Of a DNA stretch of 64,000 nucleotides, positions 22,488 to 33,647 are shown one piece after another (position 1 is the first letter of the stretch; each line of letters starts with the position of its first letter). Made by a program: the position numbers and the translations under genes. Origin of the DNA: an uncultured Gammaproteobacteria bacterium (lineage in GTDB: Bacteria > Pseudomonadota > Gammaproteobacteria > DRLM01); contig CAVSNY010000005.1 of assembly GCA_963729605.1 (NCBI GenBank), forward strand, positions 192,001 to 256,000, given 5' to 3'. The notes under the pieces were generated by a model. The model was not told the origin of the DNA and ran no database searches. It worked only from the letters and a program-made list of their open reading frames with translations.

Positions 22488-24812
22488 TTAAAAGCCGGCA
22501 CCCAAGGAAAATTGGAATATTTCCGTCTCGTCGCCGGCCTGGTCATTTAACGCTTTCGCCAAACTAAAAGTCAACGGCCCGATCGGCGACAACCATACCG
22601 CCGACACGCCGACGGCATAACGCAATTCACCGGCATCGAATTGATCGAAATCTTCGTAGACGTTACCGGCGTCGAAAAAGGCGCCCATCCGGAATGATTT
22701 ATTATTGTCGCCGGCGAAAGGCGGTGAAAATAACAGCTCCAGACTACCCAGCATGCGGAACGCGCCGCCCAAGGCATTGTTGTTTTCCCTGGGACCCAGC
22801 GAATTGGAACGAAAGCCGCGCACCGAGCGGATACCGCCGGCGTAGTAGTTTTCGAGGAAGGGAAATCCCGTGGTATCGCCGTAGGCTTCGCCGTAGGCGA
22901 TCTCGCCGTCGGCGGAGAAGGTGAAACGCCGCGAGAGCTCCTTGTACCAGGTGCTGCGATTGGTGGCCTTGTAATAGGTCAGGCCGCTGCCCGGCAAGGC
23001 GGTCTCCAAGGTCAAGCTTTCCAGCAGACCGGCGGTGGGGAAAAACGCCTCGTTACGCGTATCGTAAGACCAACCCAGGGTCAGCTTGAAGGCGTCGAAC
23101 TCATCGGTATTGGCGTTGAGATAATCGATATAACGCTGCGGCGTCTGCGAAGTGATATTGATTTTCGTGTGTTCATAGCCCAGCGAAAACCGCAGGCTGT
23201 CGAACTCGCTCAAGGGGTAGCCGTAATTCACGCTGGCGCCGAAGGCGTCGGCGGTGAAATCGGCCACATTGGCCTGACCCGCGTCGGTGGTGCGCGAGAA
23301 TACCCGGAAACCGCGGCTCAAACCGTCCAAGTTGTAATAGGGATTGGTGTAGGAAAAACTGTAGATCGTATTCACCCGGCTGTTGTTGATCTGCGCACTG
23401 ACCCGTTTGCCAGTGCCGAGAAAGTTGTCCTGAGTGACGCTGGCGTTGAGCAAAACGCCCTGCGATTGCGAGAAACCTACGCCCGCCATCAAACTGCCGA
23501 AGGACGAGCGTTCCTTGACGTTGTAATTCACGTCCACCTGATCTTCGATGCCGGGCACCGCCGGGGTTTCCACGTTGACCTCCTCGAAATAACCGAGGCG
23601 CTGCAAACGGACCCGCGAGCGGTTCACTTGTTCGGTGGAGATCCAGCCGCCTTCCATTTGCCGCAGCTCGCGCCGCAGCACCTCGTCGCGGGTGCGGGCA
23701 TTGCCGCTGACGTTCATGCGCCGCACATAGACCCGTTTATTCGGTTCGACGAAGAAGGTCAGTTTCACGGTGCGCTGTTCGCGATTCACGTCCGGCACCG
23801 GATTGATATTGGCGAAGGCGTAGCCCTCCTTGCCCAGCCGCTCGTTGATGCGGGTGGCGCTCTCGGTCACCTCGCGCCGCGAAAACAGCTCGCCGGGCGC
23901 GATGCTGATCAGCGACTTCAATTCCGATTCCGGCGCCTTCAATTCGCCGGCGAGCTTCACTTCCTGAACGGTGAACTGCTCGCCTTCGATCAGGGTGATG
24001 GTGATGTAGACGTTCTTCTTGTCCGGACTGATCGACACCTGGGTGGAGTCGACATTGAAGTCGATATAACCGCGGTCGAGATAAAAAGAGCGCAGGGTTT
24101 CCAGATCCGCGGCCAGTTTCTGCTTGGAATATTGATCGTTTTGATTGAACATCGACATCAAGGTGGAGGGGCCGAGTTGCAGGATCCGCAGCAATTCGCC
24201 GGTGGTGAACCGGCGGTTGCCCACCAGATTGATCTCCTGGATCTTGGCCACCTGGCCCTCGTCGATTTGCAGACCGATCTCCACCCGGTTGCGATCCAGG
24301 GCGGTCACCGTGTTGCTGATCTTCACCCCGTATTTGCCGCGCGCGAAATATTGCCGCTCCAGTTCGCGTTCGACTTGGTCCAAGGCGGAACGATCGAATA
24401 TCCGGCCTTCGGCGAGACCGATCCGCTTCAAGGCCTCGGTCAGTTCATTGCTGCTGATGTCTTTATTGCCGCTGAGGCTGACCTTGGCGATCGACGGCCG
24501 TTCCTCGACCACCACGATCAGACTGTCGCCGTCGCGCTGCAATTTCACGTCGGTGAAAAAGCCGGTTTTGAACAGGGCGCGCACCGCCTCCGCGGCGCGG
24601 CCGTCGTCGATGGTGTCGCCGACGGCGAGCGGCAGGTAATTGAACACCGTGCCGACTTCGATGCGCTGCAAACCCTCGACGCGGATATCTTGGATGCGGA
24701 AGGCGGTGAAGGCCTGCGCCGTGGTGGAAACCAGGCAGGCGAGACTCATCATCAAAATCACGATTCTTATTTTCAACAACGGCACGGAATGCTCACTTGA
24801 ATAATTGGACAA
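22488..24812 (-). CDS. bamA: Outer membrane protein assembly factor BamA
   Basis: POTRA repeats (IRVEGLQRI), VRGF motif, C-terminal Phe. True start probably ~24785 or later. Confidence 0.97.
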   Translation of the reverse strand: MSNYSSEHSVPLLKIRIVILMMSLACLVSTTAQAFTAFRIQDIRVEGLQRIEVGTVFNYLPLAVGDTIDDGRAAEAVRALFKTGFFTDVKLQRDGDSLIVVVEERPSIAKVSLSGNKDISSNELTEALKRIGLAEGRIFDRSALDQVERELERQYFARGKYGVKISNTVTALDRNRVEIGLQIDEGQVAKIQEINLVGNRRFTTGELLRILQLGPSTLMSMFNQNDQYSKQKLAADLETLRSFYLDRGYIDFNVDSTQVSISPDKKNVYITITLIEGEQFTVQEVKLAGELKAPESELKSLISIAPGELFSRREVTESATRINERLGKEGYAFANINPVPDVNREQRTVKLTFFVEPNKRVYVRRMNVSGNARTRDEVLRRELRQMEGGWISTEQVNRSRVRLQRLGYFEEVNVETPAVPGIEDQVDVNYNVKERSSFGSLMAGVGFSQSQGVLLNASVTQDNFLGTGKRVSAQINNSRVNTIYSFSYTNPYYNLDGLSRGFRVFSRTTDAGQANVADFTADAFGASVNYGYPLSEFDSLRFSLGYEHTKINITSQTPQRYIDYLNANTDEFDAFKLTLGWSYDTRNEAFFPTAGLLESLTLETALPGSGLTYYKATNRSTWYKELSRRFTFSADGEIAYGEAYGDTTGFPFLENYYAGGIRSVRGFRSNSLGPRENNNALGGAFRMLGSLELLFSPPFAGDNNKSFRMGAFFDAGNVYEDFDQFDAGELRYAVGVSAVWLSPIGPLTFSLAKALNDQAGDETEIFQFSLGAGF

Positions 24813-26160
24813 CGTCGTTATAGATGGCGACGGTCATCAGCATCAGCAACAGCGGTACACCCACCCGTTGCCCCATGGCTTGCGCGGCATCGGACACCGG
24901 ACTCCCCTTCACCATTTCGATGAGGTAATAAAGCAAATGGCCGCCGTCCAACACCGGGATGGGCAGCAGATTCAACACGCCCAGACTGATACTGACGATG
25001 GCGAGAAACGTCAGAAAGGCCACCAGACCCACCTGCGCGGAATAACCGGCGTATTTGGCGATGCTGATCGGACCGCTGATATTGGCCACCGACACATCGC
25101 CGGCCACCATACCCCACAACATGCGCAGCGTCAGCACCGACATGTCCCAGGTTTTTTTGACGGCCACGCCCAGGGCATCCACCGGCGAATAACGCACCAG
25201 GGTCACGTAGTCCTTGCCCAAATCTTCCGGCACCGCCACCGCCGCGCCGACATAACCGATGTCGCCGTCCTTGGCCGCGCGCCGGCCGGGCTGTAAATCC
25301 ACCACCAAACGCGCGCCGGCGCGGTCGATCTCGGTACGAATCACTTGATCGGGGCGGGCCCGCACATACTCCACCCAATTGTCCCAATCGGACACCGGCC
25401 GGCCGTCGCTGGCGAGGATGCGGTCACCGGACCGCAAACCGGCCCGCTCGGCCGCGCCGCCGGGTTCGAGATGGCTGAGCACCGGTGGAATGGTGGGGCG
25501 CGCCGGTTGTATGCCGAGGGTATCGAGCAAATTGCCCTGCTGCAAATCTTTTTGTATCGCCCGCAGATGGATCTGATGCACCCGCTCCACGCCCTGTTCG
25601 TCGCGGGTATGCACGTCGATCTGTTCGTCGTTCATGGTGTTTTCGAGCAGGGCCATCACCGCGTTCTGCCAACTGTCCACCGCCTCGCCGTCCACCGCGA
25701 TAATCGTTTCGCCGGGAGTGAAACCCGCCTCGGCCGCCAACGACTGCGGCGCCACGCTGCCGATGATGGGTTTGATCCCGTCCACGCCCAGCACGAACAC
25801 CAGCCAATACACGGCGATGGCCAGCATGAAATTGAAGAGCGGGCCCGCCAACACGATGGCGAAGCGTTTGCCGACGGATTGCCGATTGAAGGCCCGATGC
25901 ACTTCATGCTCCGCCACCTCGCCTTCCCGTTCGTCGAGCATGCGCACGTATCCGCCGAGCGGGATCGCCGCCAGCACGTATTCGGTTTGATCCGCGCCGC
26001 GGGTGGTGCGCCAGATCGGTTTGCCGAAGCCGATGGAAAACCGCAGCACCTTGACGCCGAGCCGGCGCGCCACCCAAAAATGGCCGAACTCGTGCACCGC
26101 GATCAGCAGCGCCAGCGCCAATAAGAAAAAGAATAACGAAGTAAGAATGCTGCCGCCCAT
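24793..26160 (-). CDS. rseP: RIP metalloprotease RseP
   Basis: HEFGH, two PDZ domains, NLLPIPVLDGGH. Confidence 0.96.
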   Translation of the reverse strand: MGGSILTSLFFFLLALALLIAVHEFGHFWVARRLGVKVLRFSIGFGKPIWRTTRGADQTEYVLAAIPLGGYVRMLDEREGEVAEHEVHRAFNRQSVGKRFAIVLAGPLFNFMLAIAVYWLVFVLGVDGIKPIIGSVAPQSLAAEAGFTPGETIIAVDGEAVDSWQNAVMALLENTMNDEQIDVHTRDEQGVERVHQIHLRAIQKDLQQGNLLDTLGIQPARPTIPPVLSHLEPGGAAERAGLRSGDRILASDGRPVSDWDNWVEYVRARPDQVIRTEIDRAGARLVVDLQPGRRAAKDGDIGYVGAAVAVPEDLGKDYVTLVRYSPVDALGVAVKKTWDMSVLTLRMLWGMVAGDVSVANISGPISIAKYAGYSAQVGLVAFLTFLAIVSISLGVLNLLPIPVLDGGHLLYYLIEMVKGSPVSDAAQAMGQRVGVPLLLMLMTVAIYNDVVQLFK

Positions 26161-26164
26161 AAGT

Positions 26165-27346
26165 CTACCCGCCGATCCGCGCCACAGCTTCACGCGCCAC
26201 GGCGCGGGCGTGCGCATCGTCTTCCAATATCCGCTCCAGCGAAATCGCGTCGCGGGCCGGGACATCGCTCAAGGTCGCCTCGACCACGGCGGCGATGGCC
26301 GTAAAAGCGAGCCGCTCCTCCAGAAACGCCTGCACCGCCACTTCATTGGCGGCGTTCAACACCGCGGTGGCGGTACCGCCGCGTTGCAGCGCCTGGTAGG
26401 CCAAACCCAAACAAGGAAACCGCGCGGGATCCGGCGCGGCGAAATGCAGGGCCGCGATGTCGAACAGATTCAAACGCCGCACCCCGGACTCGATGCGCTC
26501 CGGCCAGGCCAGGGCATGGGCGATCGGCGTGCGCATATCGGGGCTGCCGAGTTGCGCGAGTATCGAGCCGTCGACGTATTCCACCATGGAGTGAATCACG
26601 CTTTCGGCGTGCAATACCACCTGCACCTGTTCCGCCGTGGTGTCGAACAGCCAGCAGGCCTCGATCACCTCCAGGCCTTTATTCATCATGGTCGCCGAGT
26701 CCACCGAGATCTTGCGGCCCATCACCCAATTGGGATGGGCGCAGGCCTGGGCCGGCGTCGCGGCGGGCAATTCGGCGAGCGGCGTGTCGCGAAACGGACC
26801 GCCGGACGCGGTGAGCAAAATATTGCTCACACCCATGGCCGCCAGACCGCCGTTGCGTTCCGTGGGTAGACACTGAAAGATCGCGTTGTGTTCACTGTCC
26901 ACCGGCAACAACTGGGCGCCGTGGGCGCGCACCTCGTCCATGAACAAGCGGCCCGACATCACCAGCGCTTCTTTATTGGCCAGCAATATCCGCTTGCCGG
27001 CGCGCGCCGCGGCCAGGGTCGGCAACAAGCCCGCGGCGCCGACGATGGCGGCCATCACGGTGCCGGCGGCGGGATGGGCGGCGGCGCGGGCCACCGCCTC
27101 CGCGCCGGCCTGCACCTCGATCGCCGTGTCGATGCCGCGCAAGCGCGCGCGCAAGCGCTCGGCGGCGGCGGGGTCGGCCAGCACCGCCAACTCGGGATGA
27201 AAGACGCGGCACTGCTCGGCGAGCCGCTCCACGTCGCCGTGCGCGGCCAGCGCCACCACCCGGTAGCGGTCGCGGTGGCGCGCCAGCACGTCCAGCGTGC
27301 TCACGCCGATGGAACCGGTGGCGCCCAATACCGTCACGCCGATCAT
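26165..27346 (-). CDS. dxr: 1-deoxy-D-xylulose-5-phosphate reductoisomerase
   Basis: [44 protein letters not shown]. Confidence 0.97.
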   Translation of the reverse strand: MIGVTVLGATGSIGVSTLDVLARHRDRYRVVALAAHGDVERLAEQCRVFHPELAVLADPAAAERLRARLRGIDTAIEVQAGAEAVARAAAHPAAGTVMAAIVGAAGLLPTLAAARAGKRILLANKEALVMSGRLFMDEVRAHGAQLLPVDSEHNAIFQCLPTERNGGLAAMGVSNILLTASGGPFRDTPLAELPAATPAQACAHPNWVMGRKISVDSATMMNKGLEVIEACWLFDTTAEQVQVVLHAESVIHSMVEYVDGSILAQLGSPDMRTPIAHALAWPERIESGVRRLNLFDIAALHFAAPDPARFPCLGLAYQALQRGGTATAVLNAANEVAVQAFLEERLAFTAIAAVVEATLSDVPARDAISLERILEDDAHARAVAREAVARIGG

Positions 27347-28167
27347 GTCAACCACGCTATCAATGCCAGACCCACATAAAATACCGGCGCCGCCGCCGTG
27401 ATGCTGTCGATGCGGTCCAAGGCCCCGCCGTGCCCCGGTAAAAACCGGCCGCTGTCCTTGACGCCCGCCTCGCGTTTGAAGAGGCTCTCCAGCAAATCGC
27501 CCACCACGGAGATCACCACCACCACCACGCACAGCACCACGAACCACGGCGCGACCGCCGCCGACACATTAAGGATGAACACCGCGGCCACCGCCACCAG
27601 CAGAGACGCGGCCGCGCCGCCCATCACCCCTTCCCAAGTCTTGCCCGGACTCACCCGCGCCGCCAGCTTGCGGCGGCCGAAACGGCGGCCGGCGAAATAG
27701 GCCCCGCTGTCCGCGGCCCACACCAGCACGAAGAGAAACAACACGTAGGCAGGACCGGTGGCCGGATCGCGGTGCAACGCGGTCAAGGCCAACCAGGGCG
27801 GCAACAAAACGGCCACTCCGGCCAGCGCCCCGCCCAGCGCCGTGGCGGGCAACACCTTTGCGCCGGCTTGATAACGGAATATCGACACCGTCGCCCAGCC
27901 CCACCATAGCACAGCCGCCGCGGCGATCCCACGGATGACCTCGACGGGCGGCGGGGAGTACACGGCGAACAGCAGACCACCTGCGATCAGCGCCACGAAA
28001 ATCCGGCGCGCCGCCACCGGCAAGGCCACCAGCCGCGCCCATTCCAACGCGGCCACCACCAGCACCGCGGTGAGCAGCATCGCGAAATAGGTCGTGGGCA
28101 GGGCGAGCACGCCCCACACGAACAAGGGAATCAGGACGGCGGCGGTCAACAGGCGCTGTTTAAGCAC
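27343..28167 (-). CDS. cdsA: Phosphatidate cytidylyltransferase
   Basis: [33 protein letters not shown]. Confidence 0.96.
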   Translation of the reverse strand: MLKQRLLTAAVLIPLFVWGVLALPTTYFAMLLTAVLVVAALEWARLVALPVAARRIFVALIAGGLLFAVYSPPPVEVIRGIAAAAVLWWGWATVSIFRYQAGAKVLPATALGGALAGVAVLLPPWLALTALHRDPATGPAYVLFLFVLVWAADSGAYFAGRRFGRRKLAARVSPGKTWEGVMGGAAASLLVAVAAVFILNVSAAVAPWFVVLCVVVVVISVVGDLLESLFKREAGVKDSGRFLPGHGGALDRIDSITAAAPVFYVGLALIAWLT

Positions 28168-28921
28168 CTGAACTCTGCTCCACCTGTTCTCCGGTGCGCC
28201 CGAAACGACGCTGCCGGCCGGCGTAGGACAGCAAGGCCGCGTCGAAGGCGCGGGCGTCGAAATCCGGCCACAGGACGTCAGTGAAGTACAGTTCCGAATA
28301 GGCGAGATGCCATAACAGAAAATTACTGATGCGCTGCTCGCCGCCGGTGCGGATGAATAAATCCGGTTCGGGCAGACCGTGCAGCGCCAGATGCGCCTCC
28401 AGCAGTTCGGAGGTGACGTCCGCCGCGCGCAACTCGCCGGCCTCGACCTTCGCGGCGATGCGCTGAGTGGCTTGGGTCACGTCCCACCGTCCGCCGTAAT
28501 TGGCGGCGACCACCAGGGTCAAGCCGGTGTTGTTTTTCGAAAGGGCTTCGGCGGCGGCGATTTCTTCCTGCAAACGCGGCGCGAAGGCGCCGCACTCGCC
28601 CACCACTTTCAGGCGCACGTTATTTTCGTGGAGCTTTTTGCTTTCGCGTTGCAGGGCGGTGATGAACAGCTCCATCAGCAGGCTCACCTCTTTTTCGGGA
28701 CGCCGCCAATTTTCGCTGCTGAAGGCGAACAGGGTGAGGACCTCGATGCCTTTTTCGCCGCAGGCGCGCACCAGTTGGCGCACGGTCTCGACCCCGGCCT
28801 TGTGACCGGCCACCCGCGGCAGAAAACGCTTTTTGGCCCAGCGGCCGTTGCCGTCCATGATGATGGCCACGTGGCGGGGCACGCCGTTGCCGGGGAGGAT
28901 GTGTTGCGGCTCTTTAGACAT
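28160..28921 (-). CDS. uppS: Undecaprenyl diphosphate synthase
   Basis: HVAIIMDGNGRWA, FSSENWRRP, IRTGGEQRISNF. Confidence 0.97.
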   Translation of the reverse strand: MSKEPQHILPGNGVPRHVAIIMDGNGRWAKKRFLPRVAGHKAGVETVRQLVRACGEKGIEVLTLFAFSSENWRRPEKEVSLLMELFITALQRESKKLHENNVRLKVVGECGAFAPRLQEEIAAAEALSKNNTGLTLVVAANYGGRWDVTQATQRIAAKVEAGELRAADVTSELLEAHLALHGLPEPDLFIRTGGEQRISNFLLWHLAYSELYFTDVLWPDFDARAFDAALLSYAGRQRRFGRTGEQVEQSSGA

Positions 28922-29060
28922 AAATATCAGGAGGGACTCGTACGCCTTCACTCTCGGGGACCGCCAACGCGGCCTACACCGCGAAAGGTTGCAGTTGACG
29001 CAGGCCGTCCCGCCGCGCTGCGCCCTTGAACGGCGCGCCCGCGCGCGCCGTTAGCTTCGA

Positions 29061-29618
29061 TTAAATCTCCATCAACTCCGATTCCTTGGCCGCCAACGCC
29101 TTGTCCACCTCGGCGATGTACTTGTCGGTGAGTTTTTGTATCTCGTCCTGGGCGCGCCGGTCGTCGTCCTCGGAGATCTGCTTGTCCTTGAGCAGTTTCT
29201 TCAATTCGCCATTGGCGTCGCGGCGGATGTTGCGGATCGCCACCCGCGCGCCTTCCGCCTCGCCTCGCACCACCTTGATCAAGTCGCGGCGCCGTTCCTC
29301 GGTGAGCGACGGCAAGGGAATCCGGATCACCCCGCCCGAGGTGTTGGGCGTCAAACCGAGATCGGAGGTCATGATCGCCTTCTCGATCGGCTGGACCATA
29401 TTCTTGTCCCAGGGCGTCACGGTCAGGGTGCGGCTGTCGGCCACCGCCACGTTGGCGGCCTGGCTGAGCGGCACGTCGCTGCCGTAAAACGACACCGTGA
29501 TGTGATCGAGCAGGCTGGTCTGGGCGCGGCCGGTACGGATTTTTATCAGTTCATCCTTCAGCGCGACGATGCTCTTGCGCATGCGGGCATCGGCCTGGGT
29601 CTTGACGTCGCTGATCAT
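29061..29618 (-). CDS. frr: Ribosome recycling factor
   Basis: [25 protein letters not shown]. Confidence 0.97.
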   Translation of the reverse strand: MISDVKTQADARMRKSIVALKDELIKIRTGRAQTSLLDHITVSFYGSDVPLSQAANVAVADSRTLTVTPWDKNMVQPIEKAIMTSDLGLTPNTSGGVIRIPLPSLTEERRRDLIKVVRGEAEGARVAIRNIRRDANGELKKLLKDKQISEDDDRRAQDEIQKLTDKYIAEVDKALAAKESELMEI

Positions 29619-30364
29619 GCATTGCCTCCCCGTTGTACCAGGGTGCCCTCGTCGGCACCGTTGACGATGCGGCGCAGCGCGCCGGGCCGGTTGATGTCGA
29701 ACACCCGCAAGGGCATGTCGTAATCGCGGCACAACACGATGGCGGTGGCGTCCATCACCCCCAGCTTGCGGTCGAGCGCCTCGTCATAGGTCAGTGACGT
29801 GTAGCGCTCGGCGCTGGGATCTTTCATGGGATCGGCGGTATACACGCCGTCCACCTTGGTGCCTTTCAAGAGCAGATCGGCGCCGATCTCGATGGCGCGC
29901 AGGCTGGCCGCCGAATCGGTGGTGAAAAAGGGATTGCCGGTACCGGCGGCGAACACCACCACCCGGCCTTTTTCCAGATGGCGGATGGCGCGCCGGCGGA
30001 TGTAGTCTTCGCAGATCTGATTGATCTTGATCGCCGACATCACCCGCGCCTGCGCGCCGCGCGCCTCCAGCGCATCCTGCATGCCGAGCGCGTTGATCAC
30101 GGTGGCCAGCATGCCCATGTGGTCGCCGGTGACCCGGTCGACGCCGGAGGCGGCGAGGCTGGCGCCGCGGAAGATGTTGCCGCCACCGATCACCACGCCC
30201 ACCTGCACGCCGTCTTCGATCAATTGGCACAACTCATCGGCGATGCGGCCCATCACCGCCGGGCTGATGGTGTCCTCGCCATCGCCCATCAAGGCCTCAC
30301 CGCTGAGTTTCAGCAATATCCGTCGAAAATGTGGCGCACTCTCCGTTGCTGGCACTGACATCAA
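29615..30364 (-). CDS. pyrH: UMP kinase
   Basis: [29 protein letters not shown]. Confidence 0.97.
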   Translation of the reverse strand: MMSVPATESAPHFRRILLKLSGEALMGDGEDTISPAVMGRIADELCQLIEDGVQVGVVIGGGNIFRGASLAASGVDRVTGDHMGMLATVINALGMQDALEARGAQARVMSAIKINQICEDYIRRRAIRHLEKGRVVVFAAGTGNPFFTTDSAASLRAIEIGADLLLKGTKVDGVYTADPMKDPSAERYTSLTYDEALDRKLGVMDATAIVLCRDYDMPLRVFDINRPGALRRIVNGADEGTLVQRGGNA

Positions 30365-31239
30365 CCTCCGCGGACCTGGGCCATGACTTCTTCGGCGAAG
30401 TTTTCCGATTTCTTCTCGATACCTTCGCCCACTTCAAAACGCACGAAGCCGGTAACGACGGCGTTGTGCTGTTTCGCCAATTGCTCCACGGTTTGATCGG
30501 GGTTCTTGACGAAGGGCTGGCCGAGCAGGGTGATCTCGCGCAGGAACTTGCCGATCCGGCCCATCACCATCTTCTCGACGATGTCGGCGGGTTTGCCGCT
30601 GTCGGCGGCCTGCGCCGTATAAATCTCTTTTTCCTTGGCGATCACGTCGGCGGGCACGTCGTTGGGACCGAGCGCCACCGGCTTGCTCGCCGCCACATGC
30701 ATGGCGATGTCCTTGGCCAAGGCTTCGTCGCCGCCCTTGACGCCCACCAGCACGCCGATGCGGCTGCCGTGCAGGTACATGCCGACCTTGCCGCCCTCAT
30801 TGTTCAGCAGATGGAAGCGGCGTACCGAAATGTTCTCGCCGAGTTTGGCGATCAGCGCGCGACGCACCTCCTCCACGCTGCCGCCGCCGATGGGCAGGCC
30901 CATCACCTCGTCCACGGTGGCGGGCGACTTGGCCAACGCGGCCTGGGTCAGCTCGCCGGCGAATTTGATGAAGTCGTCGGCCTTGGCCACGAAGTCGGTC
31001 TCGCAGTTCACTTCGACGATGACGCCGCGCGTACCGTCCGCGCTCACCGCCGCCACCACCGTGCCTTCGGCCGCCACCCGGCCGGCCTTCTTGTCGGCCT
31101 TGGCCAGGCCGGACTTGCGCATCGCCTCCACCGCGGCTTCGATGTCGCCGCCGGTTTCGGTCAAGGCCTTCTTGCATTCCATCATGCCGGACCCGGTGCG
31201 CTCACGCAGTTCTTTGACCAGCGCCGCAGTAATTTCCAT
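30361..31239 (-). CDS. tsf: Translation elongation factor Ts
   Basis: [29 protein letters not shown]. Confidence 0.98.
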   Translation of the reverse strand: MEITAALVKELRERTGSGMMECKKALTETGGDIEAAVEAMRKSGLAKADKKAGRVAAEGTVVAAVSADGTRGVIVEVNCETDFVAKADDFIKFAGELTQAALAKSPATVDEVMGLPIGGGSVEEVRRALIAKLGENISVRRFHLLNNEGGKVGMYLHGSRIGVLVGVKGGDEALAKDIAMHVAASKPVALGPNDVPADVIAKEKEIYTAQAADSGKPADIVEKMVMGRIGKFLREITLLGQPFVKNPDQTVEQLAKQHNAVVTGFVRFEVGEGIEKKSENFAEEVMAQVRGG

Positions 31240-31392
31240 AGTCCTAACCTCTCTTGCTTAAATCTTTGAAAAGGGATGATCGGCGGCGCCACCGCCGTCC
31301 GCATCGTCACGCCCGCCGCGCATCGGCGCCGGCGCGACTCATTATCCGAAACCGCGCGGGAAGGGACCGGCCCTCCCCGCGCGTCGTTCGAT

Positions 31393-32235
31393 TTACCCCG
31401 CGTCTTCCGCGTCGACGGCGCCGGCCTGTTGCAGCGCGCTGGCCGTCCGTTTGGGTTTCTTGATGGTTTGTTTCACGCCGGGTTCGGCGGCGGGGCCTTT
31501 GGCGACGTGGTCATCCATTTCGACGAACTCATCGCCGGGGGAGGTTTGCAGCGCCACCGCCTTGCCGTTGACCACCGCGTCGGCCACGCCGCGCACATAC
31601 AGTTGCACCGCGCGCACCGCGTCGTCGTTGCCGGGGATGATGTAGTCGATGTGCTCGGGGCTGTTATTGGTGTCCACCACGCCGATCACCGGGATACCCA
31701 GTTTCTTGGCCTCGGCCACCGCGATGTTCTCGTTGCCGACGTCGATCACGAACAGGGCGTCGGGCAGGCCGGGCATGTCTTTGATACCGCCCAGGCTGCG
31801 TTCCAGCTTCTCCAGTTCGCGGCTGAGGCCCAGGGCCTCTTTCTTGCTGAAGCGGTCCAGGCTGCCGTCTTGGCGCATGGCGTCCAGCTCTTTCAAACGG
31901 CGGATCGATTGACGGATGGTCTTGAAGTTGGTGAGCATGCCGCCCAGCCAGCGCTGGTTGACGTAAGGCATGCCGCAACGCTTGGCCTCTTCCTCGATGG
32001 CCTGCTGCGCGGAACGCTTGGTGCCGACGAACAGGATGGTGCCCTTCTTGGACGCCAGACCGCTGATGAAATTGGTGGCCTCCTCGAAGAGGGGCAGGGT
32101 CTTTTCCAGATTGATGATGTGAATCTTGTTGCGGTCCCCGAAAATATACTGGGCCATTTTGGGATGCCAGTAACGGGTCTGGTGACCGAAGTGCACGCCG
32201 GCCTCAAGCATTTGGCGCATGGAAACAGTAGCCAT
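31393..32235 (-). CDS. rpsB: 30S ribosomal protein S2
   Basis: [30 protein letters not shown]; start at ATG 32235. Confidence 0.98.
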   Translation of the reverse strand: MATVSMRQMLEAGVHFGHQTRYWHPKMAQYIFGDRNKIHIINLEKTLPLFEEATNFISGLASKKGTILFVGTKRSAQQAIEEEAKRCGMPYVNQRWLGGMLTNFKTIRQSIRRLKELDAMRQDGSLDRFSKKEALGLSRELEKLERSLGGIKDMPGLPDALFVIDVGNENIAVAEAKKLGIPVIGVVDTNNSPEHIDYIIPGNDDAVRAVQLYVRGVADAVVNGKAVALQTSPGDEFVEMDDHVAKGPAAEPGVKQTIKKPKRTASALQQAGAVDAEDAG

Positions 32236-32252
32236 GTAAAACTCCTCTGGTA

Positions 32253-32327
32253 GGGTTAAACCTCCATACATCCCATGCAGCAACCCGACGAGCGGGCACC
32301 CTGATGCATGTGCCGATGTATGTGTGA
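32253..32327 (-). ncRNA. rpsB leader (t44 / S2 autoregulatory RNA)
   Basis: CACACATACATCGGCACATG..GGGTGCCC..GGG..ATGGGATGTATGGAGGTTTAACCC resembles the gammaproteobacterial rpsB leader. Confidence 0.8.
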
Positions 32328-32482
32328 AGTACACCGTGGACGTCGGCTTGGGCGGTATACCCCGCGCCGGCAAAGACGCCGGTTTGAAAAGTATTCGCCT
32401 CGGCCATCCGGCCACAGCAGGTATCGTTAAGTTTACGTACCGCCGGCGGGGTGAAAACACATCACCATATCCCCAGCGATCC

Positions 32483-32498
32483 GGCGCGCTTTATACCA
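32483..32498 (-). promoter_or_regulatory. rpsB extended -10 promoter with GC-rich discriminator
   Basis: TGGTATAAAGCGCGCC, as recalled for the E. coli rpsB promoter. Confidence 0.7.
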
Positions 32499-32879
32499 TA
32501 AACCCGCCCGCCCGCTCAATAAAATTAATCTTGGACTCCGCCGCGGCCGGCGGCCGGGTCTAGGCAATAGGGCATGATCCATGGACGCGACTGCTCCGCC
32601 TTGACCGGGCACGCAGATGCATGCCTTGGGATCGGAACGAGTTTACGGGACCCTTGCTTCATCCGGGCTTCCCGCGGCGGCGAGCCGCCCCCGTTTCCAA
32701 TCCTCGAAGCGGCGGATTGTTTCACAGCCGTTCCGCCGGGAAAACCGCCACCCGGGCGTGCGCCGCCGTTATTGCTGACACTGGCGGGCGGATAACGGTA
32801 AGATCACACCCAGGCATCCCGGCCGGGGCAGCGTGCTCGCCCCGCTTGAATCAACTTACATGACAAATCGTTAATTCCC

Positions 32880-33647
32880 ATGAGCGTAACCATCAAAACA
32901 GCGGACGATATCGCCAAGATGCGGGTGGCGGGGCGCTTGGCGGCGGAAGTGCTGCACATGATCCGCCCCTACGTGCAGGCCGGCGTCACCACCGAGGAAC
33001 TGGACCAGCGTTGCCACGACTATATCGTCAAGGTCCAACAGGCCATCCCGGCGCCGCTCAACTACCACGGCTTCCCCAAATCCATCTGCACCTCGGTCAA
33101 TCACCAGGTCTGCCACGGCATCCCCGGCAAAAAGCGCCTCAAGCACGGCGACATCGTCAATATCGACGTCACCGTCATCAAGGACGGTTTTCACGGCGAC
33201 ACCAGCAAGATGTTCTTCGTCGGCGAACCCGGCCCCCTCGCCCGCCGCCTGGTGCAAGTCACCTATGAATGCATGCGGATCGGCATCGAGATGGTCAAAC
33301 CGGGGGTGCGGCTGGGCGACATCGGCCACGCGATCCAGCAACACGCCGAGTCCCATAACTACTCCATCGTGCGGGAATACTGCGGCCACGGCATCGGCCG
33401 CCAGTTTCACGAAGACCCGCAAGTGCTGCACTACGGCAAGCCCGGCACCGGCCTGCCGCTGGAGGCGGGCATGACCTTCACCATCGAACCGATGGTCAAC
33501 GCCGGCAAACGCCATGTGAAATTGCTGCCCGACAATTGGACGGTGGTCACCAAGGATCACAGCCTGTCGGCCCAATGGGAGCACACCCTGCTGGTGACCG
33601 ACAGCGGTGTCGAGGTGTTCACCAAATGCCCGGACGACGACATTTGA
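32880..33647 (+). CDS. map: Methionine aminopeptidase type I
   Basis: CHGIP, DVTVIKDGFHGDTS, GHGIG..FHE, FTIEPM, SAQWEHT. Confidence 0.98.
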   Translation: MSVTIKTADDIAKMRVAGRLAAEVLHMIRPYVQAGVTTEELDQRCHDYIVKVQQAIPAPLNYHGFPKSICTSVNHQVCHGIPGKKRLKHGDIVNIDVTVIKDGFHGDTSKMFFVGEPGPLARRLVQVTYECMRIGIEMVKPGVRLGDIGHAIQQHAESHNYSIVREYCGHGIGRQFHEDPQVLHYGKPGTGLPLEAGMTFTIEPMVNAGKRHVKLLPDNWTVVTKDHSLSAQWEHTLLVTDSGVEVFTKCPDDDI

